A stretch of 64,000 nt of DNA from an uncultured bacterium (GCA_963710755.1 CAVQBK010000003.1:896001-960000), one strand, 5' to 3'; shown: positions 28,697 through 40,615, counted from the first letter of the stretch. Program-made: numbers and translations. Notes: a model not told the origin generated them from the letters alone.

Positions 28697-29305
28697 ATGT
28701 CCCGGTCTTTGACCCATCGTCTAATTTTAGCCTCGGCCTCACCGCGCCGGCAGCAGCTTTTACAGCAGATTGGTGTGACCTTCGAGGTACACCCGTCCCG
28801 GTATGAAGAAGGCCGGCCGGCGATTCCTGCTGATGCTTTTACCCTTGCCGCTGCCTTGGGCAAGGCCCGGGAGGTGGCCGACAGACTGAGGGTTAAAGAA
28901 GGATGCGTGCTGGCAGCGGATACCATCGTGGTCCGAGGCCGGCAGGTCTTTGGCAAACCCCGCGATGAAGACCACGCCCGAAGTATGCTGCTGGCCCTGG
29001 CAGGGAAGACCCACCAGGTGGTCACGGGAGTGGTACTTTTGGAATTGGGCTCCAACCGGATGACGCATTGGGCCGAACATACCCGGGTAAGCCTGCGTTC
29101 TTTTCTACCCGGGGAACTCAAGATTTACCTTGGCACCCAAAGCTGGAAAGGAAAAGCCGGTGGATACGGCATCCAAGACCAGGCGGCGGCTTGGGTGACG
29201 GCCATTAGCGGTTGTTACTACAATGTGGTCGGTCTGCCCTTGGCGCGCTTGGCCGGTTGGTTATGGTCGCACGGCTATGGATATGCACATGCACCTCAAG
29301 CTTAA
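28697..29305 (+). CDS. maf: Maf family nucleotide pyrophosphatase
   Basis: 'LILASASPRR..LL', 'ADTIV', 'GKP', 'KAGGYGIQ', 'G.YYNVVGLP'. Confidence 0.93.
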   Translation: MSRSLTHRLILASASPRRQQLLQQIGVTFEVHPSRYEEGRPAIPADAFTLAAALGKAREVADRLRVKEGCVLAADTIVVRGRQVFGKPRDEDHARSMLLALAGKTHQVVTGVVLLELGSNRMTHWAEHTRVSLRSFLPGELKIYLGTQSWKGKAGGYGIQDQAAAWVTAISGCYYNVVGLPLARLAGWLWSHGYGYAHAPQA

Positions 29306-29984
29306 ACTCATTCTGCTGCTGGGAGTGGCGTTGGCAGGATGGCCGCTGACTTCGGAGGCCACCACTTGGAAAGTCAATGGTAAAATTGGCTTGGCAGCTT
29401 TTACCGCCCAGATGGACGACAGCCGTGATCCGGTCATGGTCATGATCAGGCTGGACAATCAAGCCCTGGTCAATCCTCTGAACATTACGTCCTATTTCGT
29501 GCAGATGACCGATGCCAATCGTGAACTCTGCCGCCAAGTTAGTGCCGATGAAATGGTGTCCGACGACCTCGATCAATTAAGGCGTCTCATGCCCCAGCAT
29601 GAAAAGGATATCGATGAGCTGTTGGCCAGTATTCGAGCTGATTATCCCCAGGAAAAGATTGTCAAAGTTTATGCGCAATTGAAACGCTATATGGATAAAG
29701 GCCGTCCCATTCAGTGGCGGGCCAAGGTGGAAAATTTCTTGTTGGGCAAACCGCCTTCCAGCGGCAGTGATATCCAGGAGGCCAACCGGTTAATCGAGTC
29801 CATCGGCGAGTTGTCCCATAATTATTTTTGGCCCGGCAGCATCGCCCCGGGGGAAAGCAAAACAGGGATCTTGTTTTTCAAACGACCGGTTAAGCAACCG
29901 GCCTCCTTGTTTCTTCAGGTGGGCACGGATTTTATAGGCCTGCCTTTTGAAGTGGAGAAAAGCAATCACGATTTGAACCCTTAA
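29277..29984 (+). CDS. Hypothetical exported protein
   Basis: Signal peptide-like 'LKLILLLGVALAGWPLTSEA'; C-terminal 'I.PGESKTG.LFF' pattern; no family recognised. Confidence 0.6.
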   Translation: MDMHMHLKLKLILLLGVALAGWPLTSEATTWKVNGKIGLAAFTAQMDDSRDPVMVMIRLDNQALVNPLNITSYFVQMTDANRELCRQVSADEMVSDDLDQLRRLMPQHEKDIDELLASIRADYPQEKIVKVYAQLKRYMDKGRPIQWRAKVENFLLGKPPSSGSDIQEANRLIESIGELSHNYFWPGSIAPGESKTGILFFKRPVKQPASLFLQVGTDFIGLPFEVEKSNHDLNP

Positions 29985-30264
29985 TAGGTTTTTGCAAACT
30001 TCCGGCATGTTAAGAATGGGGCACCATGCATGGCCCTCACAGGAATACCCCTTCTACCTCCATCAACCAACGACTTACTATCTCCATAAAAAACGTATAG
30101 CTACTATCCAGCCTTTCTGTTTGCCTTAACCTGATTGGCTCCTCCCCCGATAATAGCAGCGGTGCCAGGAGGAGGCTGTCAGGCTCCACAGGCATCAGGA
30201 ACGGCTAAGCCTCATTTTGCTCATTATGGTTACCCCATTAAGAAACTGATTGGACTTTATACCC

Positions 30265-32283
30265 ATGCCTTCTGCTTACTATGGCCGCGCCCGCAACAGT
30301 TTGGCGCAGCAAATAAATCCGTTTTTGGTTGCCCGGAGCACCAGTCCCATCCAATGGCAGACTTGGGGTAAAGCTGCTGTGGCCCGCGCCCGCCGGCAAA
30401 TCAAACCACTGCTTTTGTCAATAGATCAAGCTGGTCCCGACCGGATGGCCGCGCAGGAAGCAGCCTTGGAACGTGATTCTTCCCTGGTCCGGATGATCAA
30501 CAAGCACTTCGTGCCTGTTAAAGTGGACCGCGAAGAATATCCGGAAGTGGATTATTATTGCAGCCAGGCTGTATCAATGCTGGCGGGGCGGCAGCACTGG
30601 CCCTATCTGATTTGTCTTACCCCTCAGGGTCATCCCTGGACGGCCTGGTATAGTGATGGGGATAATAACCTTAAAGCGTTGGTTGAGCGTTTGATCCTTT
30701 TGTGGCAAGAAAAGCGTGCGCATATCGAAGTTCAGGCCCAGGCCTTAACCATGACCCTGGGAAAAATAGAGAACGCTTTTATTGGCGTTAATGCCATGCC
30801 CCTTAACCATGAGTTGATGGAGCAGTATTGGTTTAACTTAAAGCGGAACATGCAAGGCCGCTTCAGCCGCGCAGCTTTGGCTGCTGGTCAGCAACTGGAG
30901 TTGTTCCTATTTGAAATTGAACGCACCGGTGATGAGCAAGTGGCCCATTTGGTCAGAACCGTGTTGGATGAGCTGGCCCTGGGGGATACTCATGATGAGT
31001 TGAACGGCGGCTTTTTCTCCCAGGCAGAGACCGGAACGGATGCTCACCGGGAAAAATTGCTGAGGGTGAACCTGCAGGCGGCCCGGTGCTTTACCCATGC
31101 CTATCGCTTGCTGGGCAAACAAAGCTATGCCAAAACAGCGCTACAAACCATGTCATGGATACTCAGGACCTTGCGTTTGAAAAACGGCTTTTTAGGCCGG
31201 GCCTGTTGGGTGCAACAGGAAAATCCAGCTTCCGCTCTTTTGGACAAACGCTGGCCGTTGGGCGCCAATGCTTTGGCGGTCACGACCCTGTTGGATATGG
31301 GCCGTTATCTCAACCGGTTGGATTATCTCCGACAGGCCGAGACCTTGCTGCAGGCTCTGGCCAATAATTTTAAGCATGGTGAGGGCTATCATCGTCTTGG
31401 CAGTGAGCGTGGCTATTTTGGCAAGGCCACGCTTCAAGATTGGGCCTTGCTGAGTGGGGCCATGCTGGATATGGCTAAGATAAATCCTTCCGGTCCCTGG
31501 CTTAGACGCGGCCGTAATCTGGTGGATAGAATAAGTAAACATTTTGCCGTACCCCAAGCCTCATGGGGTATGGGAAATTACGCCCCCGTGCTTGCTGACC
31601 CGCTTTTCCAGACGCAGCATCCTTTTGACGATGGGCTGGCTTCGGGTCAGGCCCTGGTAGCCCAGCAATGGTTGTCTTTGGCGCAACGTACCAAAATGGC
31701 CACCTACCAGGAAAAAGTCTTTAATCTGCTCAACGCCTACTACCATGTTGCCTTGAATAACCATCATGGCTTGAACGGCCTGATGCTGGTCTACGCACGC
31801 TTTCTGGATCAGCACGTTTTGACCGTTCTGCCCGATGCTTTTATCTATGGACGGCAATGGACCAAAAAAATGGGGCCGGCGACCGCTTGCCTGCGGCTGG
31901 CGCGTCCGACCATTTATGCCGGGGGATACCTGGCTTTTGATTTTACCTTGACACCCGGTCCCAAGCAGGAAGTGGTGATGACCATGGACAAGTCGAACGG
32001 GCCCAATACGTTCATCCTGAGCCTTGCCCCCGAAGCACACGTGGAAATCAGACGCCTAAGCCTTTCGCCGCCGGAAGGCTTGGGATGGCAGGGGGAATGT
32101 GTTAAAGAAAAAATTTATCGGCAGCGGTTTGAGCTGAAGGGATTTATTAAATTCAAGGATGGGTTTACGCCGGGAAAAATGATCTTGCATTGGCGGCTAT
32201 GTCTGAATCTGCGGCAGGCAGACCGAAAACCCGCCACTGCCTGCTTGCAGTTCAAAGTGCCCGTGCTGATTAAAAGCGGATGA
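30265..32283 (+). CDS. Divergent YyaL/DUF255 thioredoxin-domain protein with alpha/alpha barrel and extra C-terminal domain
   Basis: 'N.LA...NPFL....SPI.WQ.WG', 'NKHFVPVKVDREE.PEVD', 'WP...LTP.G.P', 'HD...GGFF', 'EKLL..N'; the usual CxxC is absent. Confidence 0.7.
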   Translation: MPSAYYGRARNSLAQQINPFLVARSTSPIQWQTWGKAAVARARRQIKPLLLSIDQAGPDRMAAQEAALERDSSLVRMINKHFVPVKVDREEYPEVDYYCSQAVSMLAGRQHWPYLICLTPQGHPWTAWYSDGDNNLKALVERLILLWQEKRAHIEVQAQALTMTLGKIENAFIGVNAMPLNHELMEQYWFNLKRNMQGRFSRAALAAGQQLELFLFEIERTGDEQVAHLVRTVLDELALGDTHDELNGGFFSQAETGTDAHREKLLRVNLQAARCFTHAYRLLGKQSYAKTALQTMSWILRTLRLKNGFLGRACWVQQENPASALLDKRWPLGANALAVTTLLDMGRYLNRLDYLRQAETLLQALANNFKHGEGYHRLGSERGYFGKATLQDWALLSGAMLDMAKINPSGPWLRRGRNLVDRISKHFAVPQASWGMGNYAPVLADPLFQTQHPFDDGLASGQALVAQQWLSLAQRTKMATYQEKVFNLLNAYYHVALNNHHGLNGLMLVYARFLDQHVLTVLPDAFIYGRQWTKKMGPATACLRLARPTIYAGGYLAFDFTLTPGPKQEVVMTMDKSNGPNTFILSLAPEAHVEIRRLSLSPPEGLGWQGECVKEKIYRQRFELKGFIKFKDGFTPGKMILHWRLCLNLRQADRKPATACLQFKVPVLIKSG

Positions 32284-32379
32284 CCACCAGCCCGGCATTG
32301 ACATTTAGCAGCTGCTCTGTACACTGGGATCGAAGTCTTGCGCTGCCGCGATCAGAGGTTGTTCCCAAAAGGAGGACAC

Positions 32380-32754
32380 ATGGCCAGAGAAATAAAACCA
32401 GTACAAAATTATCAAGATCGTTTGCTCAAGTTAATTCCCAGCGAGATCGTGGGGGCTTATATTTTTTTGCAGGGCGTTATTCCCCAAGCTTACGGCAAAT
32501 GGGGCACCACGGTGGTGGCCTTGATTCTGCTGATCATGACACCTCTATATTTGGACCGGATCCAAAAGGTCAAGCGCAACGATCAAGTGATCATTACCAG
32601 CATTAGCTTTGTGGTTTGGTTATATTCGTTGGGAGGGCCCTTTCGATTTTGGGGTGTTTATGAAGCCTGGATCAGTTCGGTGATTTTGGTGTTGTGGACC
32701 TTGGCCGTACCCCTGCTGGTTCAGCCGCAGGCAGCCCAAGCTGCCAAGGGCTAG
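32380..32754 (+). CDS. Small hypothetical membrane protein
   Basis: RBS ggagg; 'Y.DRL.KLIP.EIV.AY' followed by 3-4 TM helices. Confidence 0.65.
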   Translation: MAREIKPVQNYQDRLLKLIPSEIVGAYIFLQGVIPQAYGKWGTTVVALILLIMTPLYLDRIQKVKRNDQVIITSISFVVWLYSLGGPFRFWGVYEAWISSVILVLWTLAVPLLVQPQAAQAAKG

Positions 32755-32838
32755 ACGCCTGAGCGGATAACGCCCATACCTCCAGCCCTTGATGGTGGAC
32801 CATAGCTTTGAAATGAAAAATGCGAAGACCGATCGGGC

Positions 32839-34350
32839 TCAGGGCACGGCCGGGGCTGGTGTCTCGTCGCCGGTCGGTGCTGTTTCAGAAGCAGCCTCGG
32901 CCTGAATATTGTTGGTAATCGTGCTTTCAGCCCGGGCTTGGGCCAACCAGGCATCGCGTGCCTGAATGCCCAAGATGTTTTTAAGCTTGTCGGTTAATTT
33001 GTCTTTTTCCAATTGGAAGATGGTGGCATTAAAAGGTTGGGCCTCGGCAGCTGTGATTTCTGCGAAAACAATATTCTCGCGGTCAAAAATGGCACCGCTG
33101 GGCTGTCCGGTTTTCAAATCCAAAACCTGATCCCACAATTGATCGGTGGTGCTTAACCCTTTGACCGCATCACCTTCCCGTACCCAGCTTGTTTTCAGCA
33201 CCGGAATTTTTTGGGCCTGGGCAGTGGCGGTAAGCTGGCCGCTCGCCTTAAGGGCTTTGGCAAAAACCAAGGCTTCGCTTTGGACTTTGGCTTTGGCTTT
33301 TTCTTCGCGTAGTTGTTTTAGGATATCCGGTCGGGCCTGGGCATACTTGGTTTTCCGGCTTGGTTTTTTATCGAGCACCTTGATGAGATGAAAGCCGAAG
33401 TTGGTTTCCACAATTTTGGAAAGCTCCCCTTTTTTCAATGCAAAGGCCGCGTTTTCAAAAGGCGGCACCATCATACCCTTGTGGAAATAACCGAGATCAC
33501 CGCCCTGATCTTTGCTGCCCGGATCTTCCGAATATTTTTTGGCCATCTTGGCAAAATCCGCGCCGGCCACAATCTGATTACGGATGTCTTCCAGTTTTAA
33601 TTTGATAGCGGTTTTGTCCGCCTCGGACGCTTTGGGATCCACCTTTAATAAGATATGAGCGGCTTTGACTTCTTCGGTTTTTTCAAATTGCGAAGGATGG
33701 CTGTCGTAATAATTTCGCAGTTCTTCTTCCGGGATGGTGATCTTGGGGGCTTCTTTTTCCCAGTCAAAGGCGACGTAAGCCAGTTTGACTTTGCGCGTAC
33801 GCAGAGCGAAATAATCTTTGAGATCAGCATCCGTGGTCAAAATAGTATTTTTCAGATATTGGCTGACTTTAATAAAAAGAATGGCTTCCTTTTGCTCGTT
33901 TTCGAATGCTTCAGGGGTAATGTGATTATATTGCAGCAGCGTCAGATATTTCTGGCGGGAAAATTGGTTATTTTCCTGGAAACTGGGAATGGCGGCAATG
34001 CGGGCGGCCACCTCCTGGGGGAAAACCTTAAGCCCGACCTTTTTAGCCAGTTGTTTCATCAAAACGCCGTCAATCATGTCTTGGATTAGGTCCTGACGCA
34101 TGCTGTTGATTTCAGCCTGGGAGGGTTCCTGCTCGCTATCCTTGAAAATTTGGCGGAACCGTTGCTCCCAAAGACGGCCAAAGGCATCATAGGAAATAGG
34201 CTCTCCATTGACCACCGCAGCCGAGGTTTTTTCATTGATTTCCTGACGTTTGGTGGACCCCATTCCCCAGACTAAGAATATGGTACTCAAAAATGCGATT
34301 ACCACCACCCATAAAATAATTTTGGTATGCTTGCGCATGGCATTCATCAT
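32839..34350 (-). CDS. PpiD/SurA-type peptidyl-prolyl isomerase (SurA N-domain plus parvulin)
   Basis: N-terminal TM; 'VNGEPI', 'AAHILL', 'GADFA.MAKKYSED.GSK..GGDLG', 'PPFE.AAF', 'ET.FGFHLI'. Confidence 0.88.
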   Translation of the reverse strand: MMNAMRKHTKIILWVVVIAFLSTIFLVWGMGSTKRQEINEKTSAAVVNGEPISYDAFGRLWEQRFRQIFKDSEQEPSQAEINSMRQDLIQDMIDGVLMKQLAKKVGLKVFPQEVAARIAAIPSFQENNQFSRQKYLTLLQYNHITPEAFENEQKEAILFIKVSQYLKNTILTTDADLKDYFALRTRKVKLAYVAFDWEKEAPKITIPEEELRNYYDSHPSQFEKTEEVKAAHILLKVDPKASEADKTAIKLKLEDIRNQIVAGADFAKMAKKYSEDPGSKDQGGDLGYFHKGMMVPPFENAAFALKKGELSKIVETNFGFHLIKVLDKKPSRKTKYAQARPDILKQLREEKAKAKVQSEALVFAKALKASGQLTATAQAQKIPVLKTSWVREGDAVKGLSTTDQLWDQVLDLKTGQPSGAIFDRENIVFAEITAAEAQPFNATIFQLEKDKLTDKLKNILGIQARDAWLAQARAESTITNNIQAEAASETAPTGDETPAPAVP

Positions 34351-34539
34351 AACGGCTAAAAGTCCTTTCTCCATCCGGTTATTCCGGAAAAATTGATGGT
34401 TCACCGCGGCCAAAGTAGTATGCTACCCTTCCGGACGTCTGCGGGAGCGCGGGTCCTGAGGCCTTAGCCCTGGCCGGAGGCGGTGACATGAAGTGATTTA
34501 AAAACTTGGAAACAATTTATGCAGCATAGTTCGGCGGTC

Positions 34540-34567
34540 ATTATAACAAAATGAGGCGGTCATTCAA
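34540..34567 (-). promoter_or_regulatory. Sigma70-type promoter for the ppiD-like gene
   Basis: Minus strand TTGAAT - 16 bp - TATAAT. Confidence 0.55.
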
Positions 34568-34605
34568 TGCAATTATTTATTTTACCCTGGCTTTTAAAAA
34601 AGCTA

Positions 34606-34634
34606 TTGCCCCGGAAGATGGGCATTGGTATAAT
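34606..34634 (+). promoter_or_regulatory. Sigma70-type promoter for the mre operon
   Basis: TTGCCC - 17 bp - TATAAT with TG extension. Confidence 0.6.
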
Positions 34635-34832
34635 TCAGCCTTACTATTGTTGCGAAGATTATTTGCGGCAGCTTGCATCGCTGTTTTTAAATAGCAGTAT
34701 TTAAATAGTTGTGCTCTTAGAATGCTAATTTCCTGATCGCGGTTGGGGCATCTTTCTGCCTGCGGCTAAGGTCGGTCTTCATGTCCCCGACCGGGGGTGC
34801 ACCTCCCGGTGGGCAGCTTTCATTGCTAAACT

Positions 34833-36226
<1,394 letters not shown>

Positions 36227-36349
36227 ATTACCCTGAAGCTGGTGCAGGGTGATTGGATAGGGAAGCAATTTTATTATAGTACTTCCTGTTTCTGACCCGG
36301 GAGGAATAGGAAGGTATTTAAGTGGACGAGGGAATGACTGGAGGAAAGG

Positions 36350-37177
36350 GTGCCTGAATTTTTATGGAGATGGCGGCGTGAAATTGTCTTTACGCTATTG
36401 TTACTGGTATCCCTGGGCATGCTGGTCTCTCACCATGAACCCGGTTTAATTACCCGGTCCGTTCGTCAGGGCGTGGCTTTTGTGGTGATGCCCTTTCAAA
36501 AAATCTCCCATGGCGTGGTGGACAAGAGCCGCCAGGTCTTCACCCTGTTTACATCCATGCGTGTTTTAAGAAAAGAAAATGATGCGCTAAGACAAAAAGT
36601 GGAAAAATTAATGCTGCGCAACGCCCAGCTTAGTGACCTGAACCAGGAGAACCAGGCTCTGCGGGAAGCCTTGGGCTACCGGGAGCGTACCCACCATGAA
36701 TTCATTCCTGCTGATATCGTAGGGCGCGATGCCTCCAGCTGGTTGAAACGGGCGGTGGTGGACCGTGGCCAGGCCGACGGGGTGATGGCGGGCGCCGGGG
36801 TGGTTATGCCCAACGGGGTGGTGGGCCGCATCACAGATGTTAATTATTATTCGGCCACGGTGATGTTGTTGCCGGACACGCAAAGTGCCGTAGCCGGGAC
36901 AGTGGAACGTTCCGGTATTTCGGGTACCATCAAAGGCAACAATGACCGCACCTTGAGCATGATGTATGTGTCCAATGAGGACGATGTCAAAGTAGGAGAT
37001 ACGATTATCACCTCAACCCTGAGTACGCTTTTCCCGCCGGGGTTGCCGATCGGGGAAGTCATCAGTGTCCATCCTTCCGAGAACGGGCTGATGCTTGATA
37101 TTAAAGTCAAACCGCGAATCAACTTTAAAACCCTCAACCGAGTTCTCATTCTGAAAGTCAATGCTGAGGAAGGATAG
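36350..37177 (+). CDS. mreC: Rod shape-determining protein MreC
   Basis: TM plus coiled coil 'LRKENDALR', 'G..DGV', 'GVVGRI', 'FPPGLPIG.V'; follows mreB. Confidence 0.93.
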   Translation: MPEFLWRWRREIVFTLLLLVSLGMLVSHHEPGLITRSVRQGVAFVVMPFQKISHGVVDKSRQVFTLFTSMRVLRKENDALRQKVEKLMLRNAQLSDLNQENQALREALGYRERTHHEFIPADIVGRDASSWLKRAVVDRGQADGVMAGAGVVMPNGVVGRITDVNYYSATVMLLPDTQSAVAGTVERSGISGTIKGNNDRTLSMMYVSNEDDVKVGDTIITSTLSTLFPPGLPIGEVISVHPSENGLMLDIKVKPRINFKTLNRVLILKVNAEEG

Positions 37178-37180
37178 GCT

Positions 37181-37714
37181 ATGGAAAAAATTTGGATCCC
37201 GTTGTTGGCCTTCCTGGCGGTTCTGCTGCAGACCACGGTACTCTATTCATGGCGCATTGCCGGCCTGGCTCCGGACTTGGTTTTTTTAGTGGTCATTTTC
37301 CTGGCCCTGCAAAAACCCAATACCGTGGGCCTGTGGATCGCTTTTGCTGTGGGTCTATTCGAGGATGTGGCCGGCGGCGGGCCCTTGGGGATGAACGCTT
37401 TGGTACTGGTGGGACTGGCTTATCTGGTGGGGCATTTGCGTAAACAATTTTTTAAGGAAAATTACACCAGCCAGATGCTGATCGTACTCATTTTTACCAT
37501 GGCCCATCAATTCCTGATGTTCTTTTGGATGAACACCATGATGAATATGCAATTCCCCCTGTTTTCCTGGGTCGGCCGGGCTTTGCTGCTCAGCCTCATC
37601 CACGCTTTGTTGGCGCCGGCTTTGTTTTCCTGGTTGTCCCGGATGGTGCCGGGAGATGACATTTACAAACATCTCGTCAGCCAGCGCAGTCTCAAATTTA
37701 CCCGTCGGACGTAG
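37181..37714 (+). CDS. mreD: Rod shape-determining protein MreD
   Basis: 'PDL', 'AF.VGL..D...G.PLG.NAL'; position between mreC and mrdA. Confidence 0.9.
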   Translation: MEKIWIPLLAFLAVLLQTTVLYSWRIAGLAPDLVFLVVIFLALQKPNTVGLWIAFAVGLFEDVAGGGPLGMNALVLVGLAYLVGHLRKQFFKENYTSQMLIVLIFTMAHQFLMFFWMNTMMNMQFPLFSWVGRALLLSLIHALLAPALFSWLSRMVPGDDIYKHLVSQRSLKFTRRT

Positions 37715-37716
37715 TC

Positions 37717-39522
37717 ATGCTTTGGGATCATTTTATATTAAAAAAAGAAGAACAATTTCAAAACCGCATCAAGCTTCTGGCCATTGTTATCATTATTCCC
37801 ATCGTCACTATTGTTGCCCGCTTGGTTTATTTGCAACTCATTCAAGGTGACCGTTATCTGAACCTGTCCTCCAAGAACCGGGTACGGCTAGTGCCCATTA
37901 AGGCCCAGCGGGGGCTGATTTATGACCGCAACGGCGAACTGTTGGTGGGGAATGTACCGGCATTCAATGTTTCTGTCATTCCTGCGGCCCTGCCCAAAAG
38001 CAAGGCTGACAAGCAAAAAGTGTTGGATCTGCTCCAACAATTGTTGGTGCTCGAACCGGAGGTTCTGGAAGAAAAAATTGAACGCCGTCGGCTGCGTTAT
38101 TTTGAACCCATCCGTATCTTAGGCAACATTGATCGCAAAACCGCAGCCCTCATTGAGGAACATAAGCCGCAGTTGCCGGGAGTGGTGATCCTGACCGAAT
38201 CGCGGCGCCATTATAAATTTAACCAGCTGGCCTTTCATGCCTTAGGGTATGTGGGGGAAATTTCTGAACATGAACTGGCTTTGCGCGAAGGCTACCAAGC
38301 CGGCGATGTCATCGGCCAATCGGGTGTGGAAAAGGTTTACGATCATTATCTGAAAGGCCGCAATGGATGGCTGCACATCGAAGTCGATGCCCTGGGCCGG
38401 CAGATGGGGATTTTGGGCAGGGAAGATCCCTGGGTCGGCCACAATCTGGTGTTGACCCTTGACCGCCAATTGCAGGAACAGGCTGAACACATTCTGGGTG
38501 ATCGTACCGGCGTGATCATTATGGAAGATGTGCGTAATGGCGAGATATTGGCCATGGCCTCATCGCCAACCTATGATCCCAACCGGTTCGCCGAGGGCAT
38601 ATCACGGAAAGATTGGAAAAAATTGCGCAATGACAAGCGCTATCCGTTGACTAACCGTGCCACCCAGGGGATGTATTCGCCGGGATCCATTTTTAAAGTG
38701 GTCTCCCTTATGGCCGGACTGGAAGAAAAAGCAGTCACCCCGGCCACGCAATTTCTCTGCAAAGGGGTTTACTGGATTTCCACCTGGCCTTACCGTTGTT
38801 GGAATGACCGCGGTCATGGTCTGGTCAGGGCCCGGTACTCTCTGATCCAATCCTGCGATATTTATTATTATCAACTCGGCCTGAAATTGAAGGTGGACAA
38901 ACTGGGGAAATGGGCCAGGGAATTCGGTTACGGTAAAATCAGCGGCATTGATTTGCCCAATGAACGGGCGGGGCTGGTGCCCAGTCCGCAGTGGAAGGAA
39001 AGAACACAGAACATGCCCTGGTTCCCGGGGAACACGGTGATGATGGCTATCGGTCAGGGTTACATTCTGGCCACGCCTCTGCAGATCATGGACATGATGG
39101 CGGCCGCGGCCAATGACGGCGTGATTTACCGGCCCCATTTACTCAAACTGGTAACCAGCCAGTCCGGCCGGGTCATCCATGAGGTCAAACCGGAAATTAT
39201 TCATAAGATCAATGCCGACATTCGACACTGGCAATTAATTAAAAGCAGTCTCAAGGATGTTGTCAATCACCGTAAGGGTACGGGCAAGGCCGCCCGCCTA
39301 AAAGGTATCTACGCGGCCGGCAAGACCGCCACGGTCCAGAATCCGCATGGTGAAGACCACGCCGGGTTTGCGGCCTTTGCGCCCTACGATCATCCTGAGA
39401 TAGCCGTGGTGATATATTTGGAGAATGCGGGCGGCGGTGGTGCGGAAGCAGCGCCTTTGTGCCGGCAAATGATGGAGGCTTATTTTGGCATTAATACAGA
39501 GAAGTCCGTGGAAGAAAAATAG
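37717..39522 (+). CDS. mrdA: Penicillin-binding protein 2
   Basis: 'RGLIYDRNG'; catalytic SxxK (SIFK), SxD (SCD) and KTA motifs; 'IGQG'. Confidence 0.95.
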   Translation: MLWDHFILKKEEQFQNRIKLLAIVIIIPIVTIVARLVYLQLIQGDRYLNLSSKNRVRLVPIKAQRGLIYDRNGELLVGNVPAFNVSVIPAALPKSKADKQKVLDLLQQLLVLEPEVLEEKIERRRLRYFEPIRILGNIDRKTAALIEEHKPQLPGVVILTESRRHYKFNQLAFHALGYVGEISEHELALREGYQAGDVIGQSGVEKVYDHYLKGRNGWLHIEVDALGRQMGILGREDPWVGHNLVLTLDRQLQEQAEHILGDRTGVIIMEDVRNGEILAMASSPTYDPNRFAEGISRKDWKKLRNDKRYPLTNRATQGMYSPGSIFKVVSLMAGLEEKAVTPATQFLCKGVYWISTWPYRCWNDRGHGLVRARYSLIQSCDIYYYQLGLKLKVDKLGKWAREFGYGKISGIDLPNERAGLVPSPQWKERTQNMPWFPGNTVMMAIGQGYILATPLQIMDMMAAAANDGVIYRPHLLKLVTSQSGRVIHEVKPEIIHKINADIRHWQLIKSSLKDVVNHRKGTGKAARLKGIYAAGKTATVQNPHGEDHAGFAAFAPYDHPEIAVVIYLENAGGGGAEAAPLCRQMMEAYFGINTEKSVEEK

Positions 39523-40615
39523 TTCGCCCATACGGCTGGCCAGGGAATTGGATCTTACCATCCTGTTGCCCTCTCTGACGCTGGCCCTCATCGGCATTGC
39601 CATGATTTACTCGGCCACTAACGGGAAGACGGAGTTTTCCATTTTATATTTAAAACAGGGGTTTATGCTCTCTGTGGGCCTGCTGGCCATGCTCTTTTTC
39701 GCTTCCTTTAATTATCAAGTGCTCATGGAACGGTATGGCACCTTTTTTTACTGGGCTGTGATTGTGGTGCTGGCGGTGCTCTTGGCCGCTGGGGAACAAA
39801 TCTCCGGCTCCAAGCGCTGGCTTTCGTTGGGTCCTGTGGGTATTCAACCCTCTGAATTTGCCAAGATTACCACTATTTTGGTACTGGCCCGTTTTCTCGG
39901 TCACCGCACCGACAAGGTCAAGGAATGGGGCACCATTGCCGGGGCGTTGGCCATTGTGGCGCTGCCCATGCTCCTGATTCTGCGGGAGCCCGACTTGGGC
40001 ACTACCTTGGTGTTTATCCCCGCAGTCTTTGCTATGCTCTATGTGCTGGGCGTGCCGGTACAACGCATGGTGGCTATTGTAGGCTCGGGGTTGTTGACTT
40101 CGCCTCTGGTCTTTTTTCTGCTCAAGGATTATCAGCGGGAAAGGCTGATGGTTTTTTTAAACCCTTCGTCTGATTCCCTGGGGGCAGGGTATAATGTGAT
40201 TCAGTCCAAGATTGCCATTGGTTCAGGAGGTGTGCTGGGTAAGGGCTGGCTGCACGGCACCCAGGGGCAGCTGCGTTTTGTGCCTGAGCATCACACGGAC
40301 TTTATTTTTTCTGTTTTGGCAGAAGAATGGGGGTTTGTGGGGGCCATGGTGTTGTTGGTTTTATTTGTTATCCTATTGCTTCAATGCCTGCGGATTGCCC
40401 GGTCTGCCCGGGATATGCAGGGCAGCCTGCTGGCCGTGGGCCTGACGGTGGTCATCTTTACCCAACTTAGCATCAATCTGGGTGTGGCTACAGGTATCAT
40501 GCCGGTCACCGGCATGACCTTGCCGCTCATTTCTTATGGCGGGTCATCCATCATCGTGGTGATGAGTATGATGGGTATTTTAATGAGCATCTGGTCAGGG
40601 AGAAAAGTGAAATAA
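39485..40615 (+). CDS. rodA: Rod shape-determining protein RodA (SEDS)
   Basis: 'GSKRW', 'QPSEFAK', 'PDLGT', 'YQ.ERL', 'QSKIAIGSGG', 'PEHHTDFIFS', 'PLISYGGSS'. Confidence 0.95.
   Translation: MALIQRSPWKKNSSPIRLARELDLTILLPSLTLALIGIAMIYSATNGKTEFSILYLKQGFMLSVGLLAMLFFASFNYQVLMERYGTFFYWAVIVVLAVLLAAGEQISGSKRWLSLGPVGIQPSEFAKITTILVLARFLGHRTDKVKEWGTIAGALAIVALPMLLILREPDLGTTLVFIPAVFAMLYVLGVPVQRMVAIVGSGLLTSPLVFFLLKDYQRERLMVFLNPSSDSLGAGYNVIQSKIAIGSGGVLGKGWLHGTQGQLRFVPEHHTDFIFSVLAEEWGFVGAMVLLVLFVILLLQCLRIARSARDMQGSLLAVGLTVVIFTQLSINLGVATGIMPVTGMTLPLISYGGSSIIVVMSMMGILMSIWSGRKVK

Noticed and set aside
30181-30264. TGA read-through or selenocysteine upstream of the YyaL-like gene
   Set aside because: Family similarity starts at ATG 30265; the upstream frame shows no homology and no SECIS-like element.
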